Below are positions 61,822 to 64,000 of a stretch of 64,000 nt of DNA, piece after piece. Position 1 is the stretch's first letter, and each line of letters starts with the position of its first letter. This stretch comes from the human T2T-CHM13v2.0 reference genome, Homo sapiens. The stretch lies in the NCBI RefSeq assembly GCF_009914755.1, contig NC_060933.1, one strand, 5' to 3'. Both the position numbers and the translations under genes were made by a program. The notes beneath the pieces are model-generated. The model searched no databases, was not told where the DNA came from, and saw nothing but the letters and a program-made list of their open reading frames with translations.

Positions 61822-62083
61822 CTGAGCTACTAGGGAGGCTGAGGCAGGATAATTTCTTGAACCCAGGAGCAGAGGTTGCAGTGAGCCGAGATTGCCCCAT
61901 TGCACTCCACCCTGGGTGACAGTGCGAGACTCCCTCAAAAAAAAAAAGTTTGTGGGACCAATTCCAATCGAGTCAAGGGGTCTCAATTGGCCAAGGCAGT
62001 CTCAAACTTCTGACCCAAAGTGATCTGCCTGGTTCGGCCTCCCAAAGTGCTGGGATTGTAGGCGTGAGCCACCATGCCCGGCC
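61822..62083. mobile_element. Alu right-arm fragment (+, 61822-61948) and Alu left-arm fragment (-, 61987-62083)
   Basis: Partial Alu arms in opposite orientations without TSDs. Confidence 0.8.
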
Positions 62084-62387
62084 TCCCCTCCTTTTCATTC
62101 AGGGATTTTAAATGTTTTATTTGCTCCATCTGTTATGTATGATTGCCTTGACGATTTCAGCTTGAATTAAAATTACATATTTTTGCCTGTGTTTATTAAT
62201 ATTTAAACATATTAAAATAATACATGTTCATAATGAAAATGAAACATTACAAATAAATACACAGGAAAGGCAGTATTCCCCTTCCAGTTCCACTCTTGAA
62301 ATAACCAGTTAACAAGATGATGAACATCTTTCCATGATGTTCTCCAAGATTCATATAATTATTTGCAATCATACAATGGCATATACA

Positions 62388-62832
62388 GCTCAGGTGCGGT
62401 GGCTCATGCAAGTAATCCCAGTACTTTGGGAGACTGAACTGGGTGGATCATTTGAGGTCAGGAGTTCAAGACTAGCCTGGCCAACATAGTGAATCCCCAT
62501 CACTACAAAAAACACAAAAATTATCTGGGCGTGGTGGCAGACGCTTGTATTCCCAGCTACTTGGGAGGTGGAGGCATGAGAATCACTTGAACCTGGGAGA
62601 TGAAGGTTACAAGGAGCCGAAATCGCATTACTTCACTCCCACCTGGGCGACAGAGTGAGATTCCATCTCAATAAATAAATAAATAGAAAGAAAGAAAGAA
62701 AGAAAAAAAGATGAAAGAAACAAAGAAAAAAGGAAGAAAGGAAAAAAGACAGAGAAAGGAAGCAAGAAAGCAAGCAAGCAAGCAAGCAACCAAGAAAGAA
62801 AGAAAGAAAAAAAAAATAGAAAGAAAAAGAAG
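62388..62832 (+). mobile_element. AluS with expanded GAAA/GCAA-rich tail
   Basis: Alu dimer to ~62683, then a purine-rich simple repeat. Confidence 0.88.
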
Positions 62833-62954
62833 TCATGTGCTCAGGTTGCTAGGATCGATGGTAAGAACAAATCCTCTAGCGGTGAAAATGTAAGAAGGAA
62901 AAAGAAATTTCTGTTAGTCTTGTTTGTTGCACCCCAAGCTCTAAAAATACAGCC

Positions 62955-63145
62955 ACATGTGTGATAAGTACTTAGTTAAGATGAAAAAGGCATTAAATTT
63001 GTGCATGGAAATCATAGACAGAAATGTGTTCTGATTGACAGCAATTGGGTCAATGATAGCATTGGATAGCCTTGGATAGCCAAGGTTCAGGCATCCACTG
63101 CGGGTCTTAGAACACATCTCCTGCAGATAAGGGAGGGCTACTATA
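62955..63145. mobile_element. MER2/Tigger-type relic
   Basis: ttcaggcatccactgcgggtcttagaacacatctcctgcagataagggagggctactata terminal motif. Confidence 0.7.
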
Positions 63146-63490
63146 TAACGTTTCTTTCTTTTTTTCTTCAATTATAAAGCATTCTCCTTTTTCATATAAC
63201 AATTTGCCATTGATATCACTTTAGGTATAAAGATATTAGGATATCTTTATAGTAGATAAAAAGCTAACTCATTATTTGTAAGAGTTAAAGTATCTTCCAT
63301 TATATCAGCGTATAAAATGCTAAAGTACTTTTGCCACCAAAAATAGTGCTTCTGTAAATATTCTTTTACTTATACCTTTATTAATTTTTACTTCTGCTGA
63401 AACAAATAGCATGAGGAAACAAATGTATGTGTATAAAATGTAATATATGTATATATATTTAATATGTGTATATACACATACATACAATAA

Positions 63491-64000
<510 letters not shown>

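Overview
Primate (most likely human) non-coding genomic DNA dominated by interspersed repeats: about 30 Alu copies or fragments, several L1 fragments, L2/MIR relics, about 10 solo ERV LTRs and DNA-transposon relics. I cannot support any intact protein-coding gene, RNA gene or CRISPR array. The longest ORFs come from simple repeats, Alu or L1, and the shorter ones in unique sequence match no protein I recognise. The window is a compositional mosaic: an AT-rich, AluY-rich block (1 to ~30.4 kb), an abrupt switch to a GC-rich block carrying five tandem arrays (~30.4-61.8 kb), then AT-rich sequence again. This suggests segmental-duplication or rearrangement junctions. The best second-look items are a chimeric Alu with mismatched flanks (candidate Alu-Alu recombination deletion), a MER41B LTR inside an Alu that has lost its GAS/TATA segment, a two-tailed chimeric MER4 LTR, a VNTR inside one LTR and another beside one, two large (TGGA)n arrays apparently grown from L2 tails, and a weak candidate spliced lncRNA. 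Repeat family names come from my recall of consensus sequences and need RepeatMasker/Dfam confirmation. I found no convincing novel biological system.
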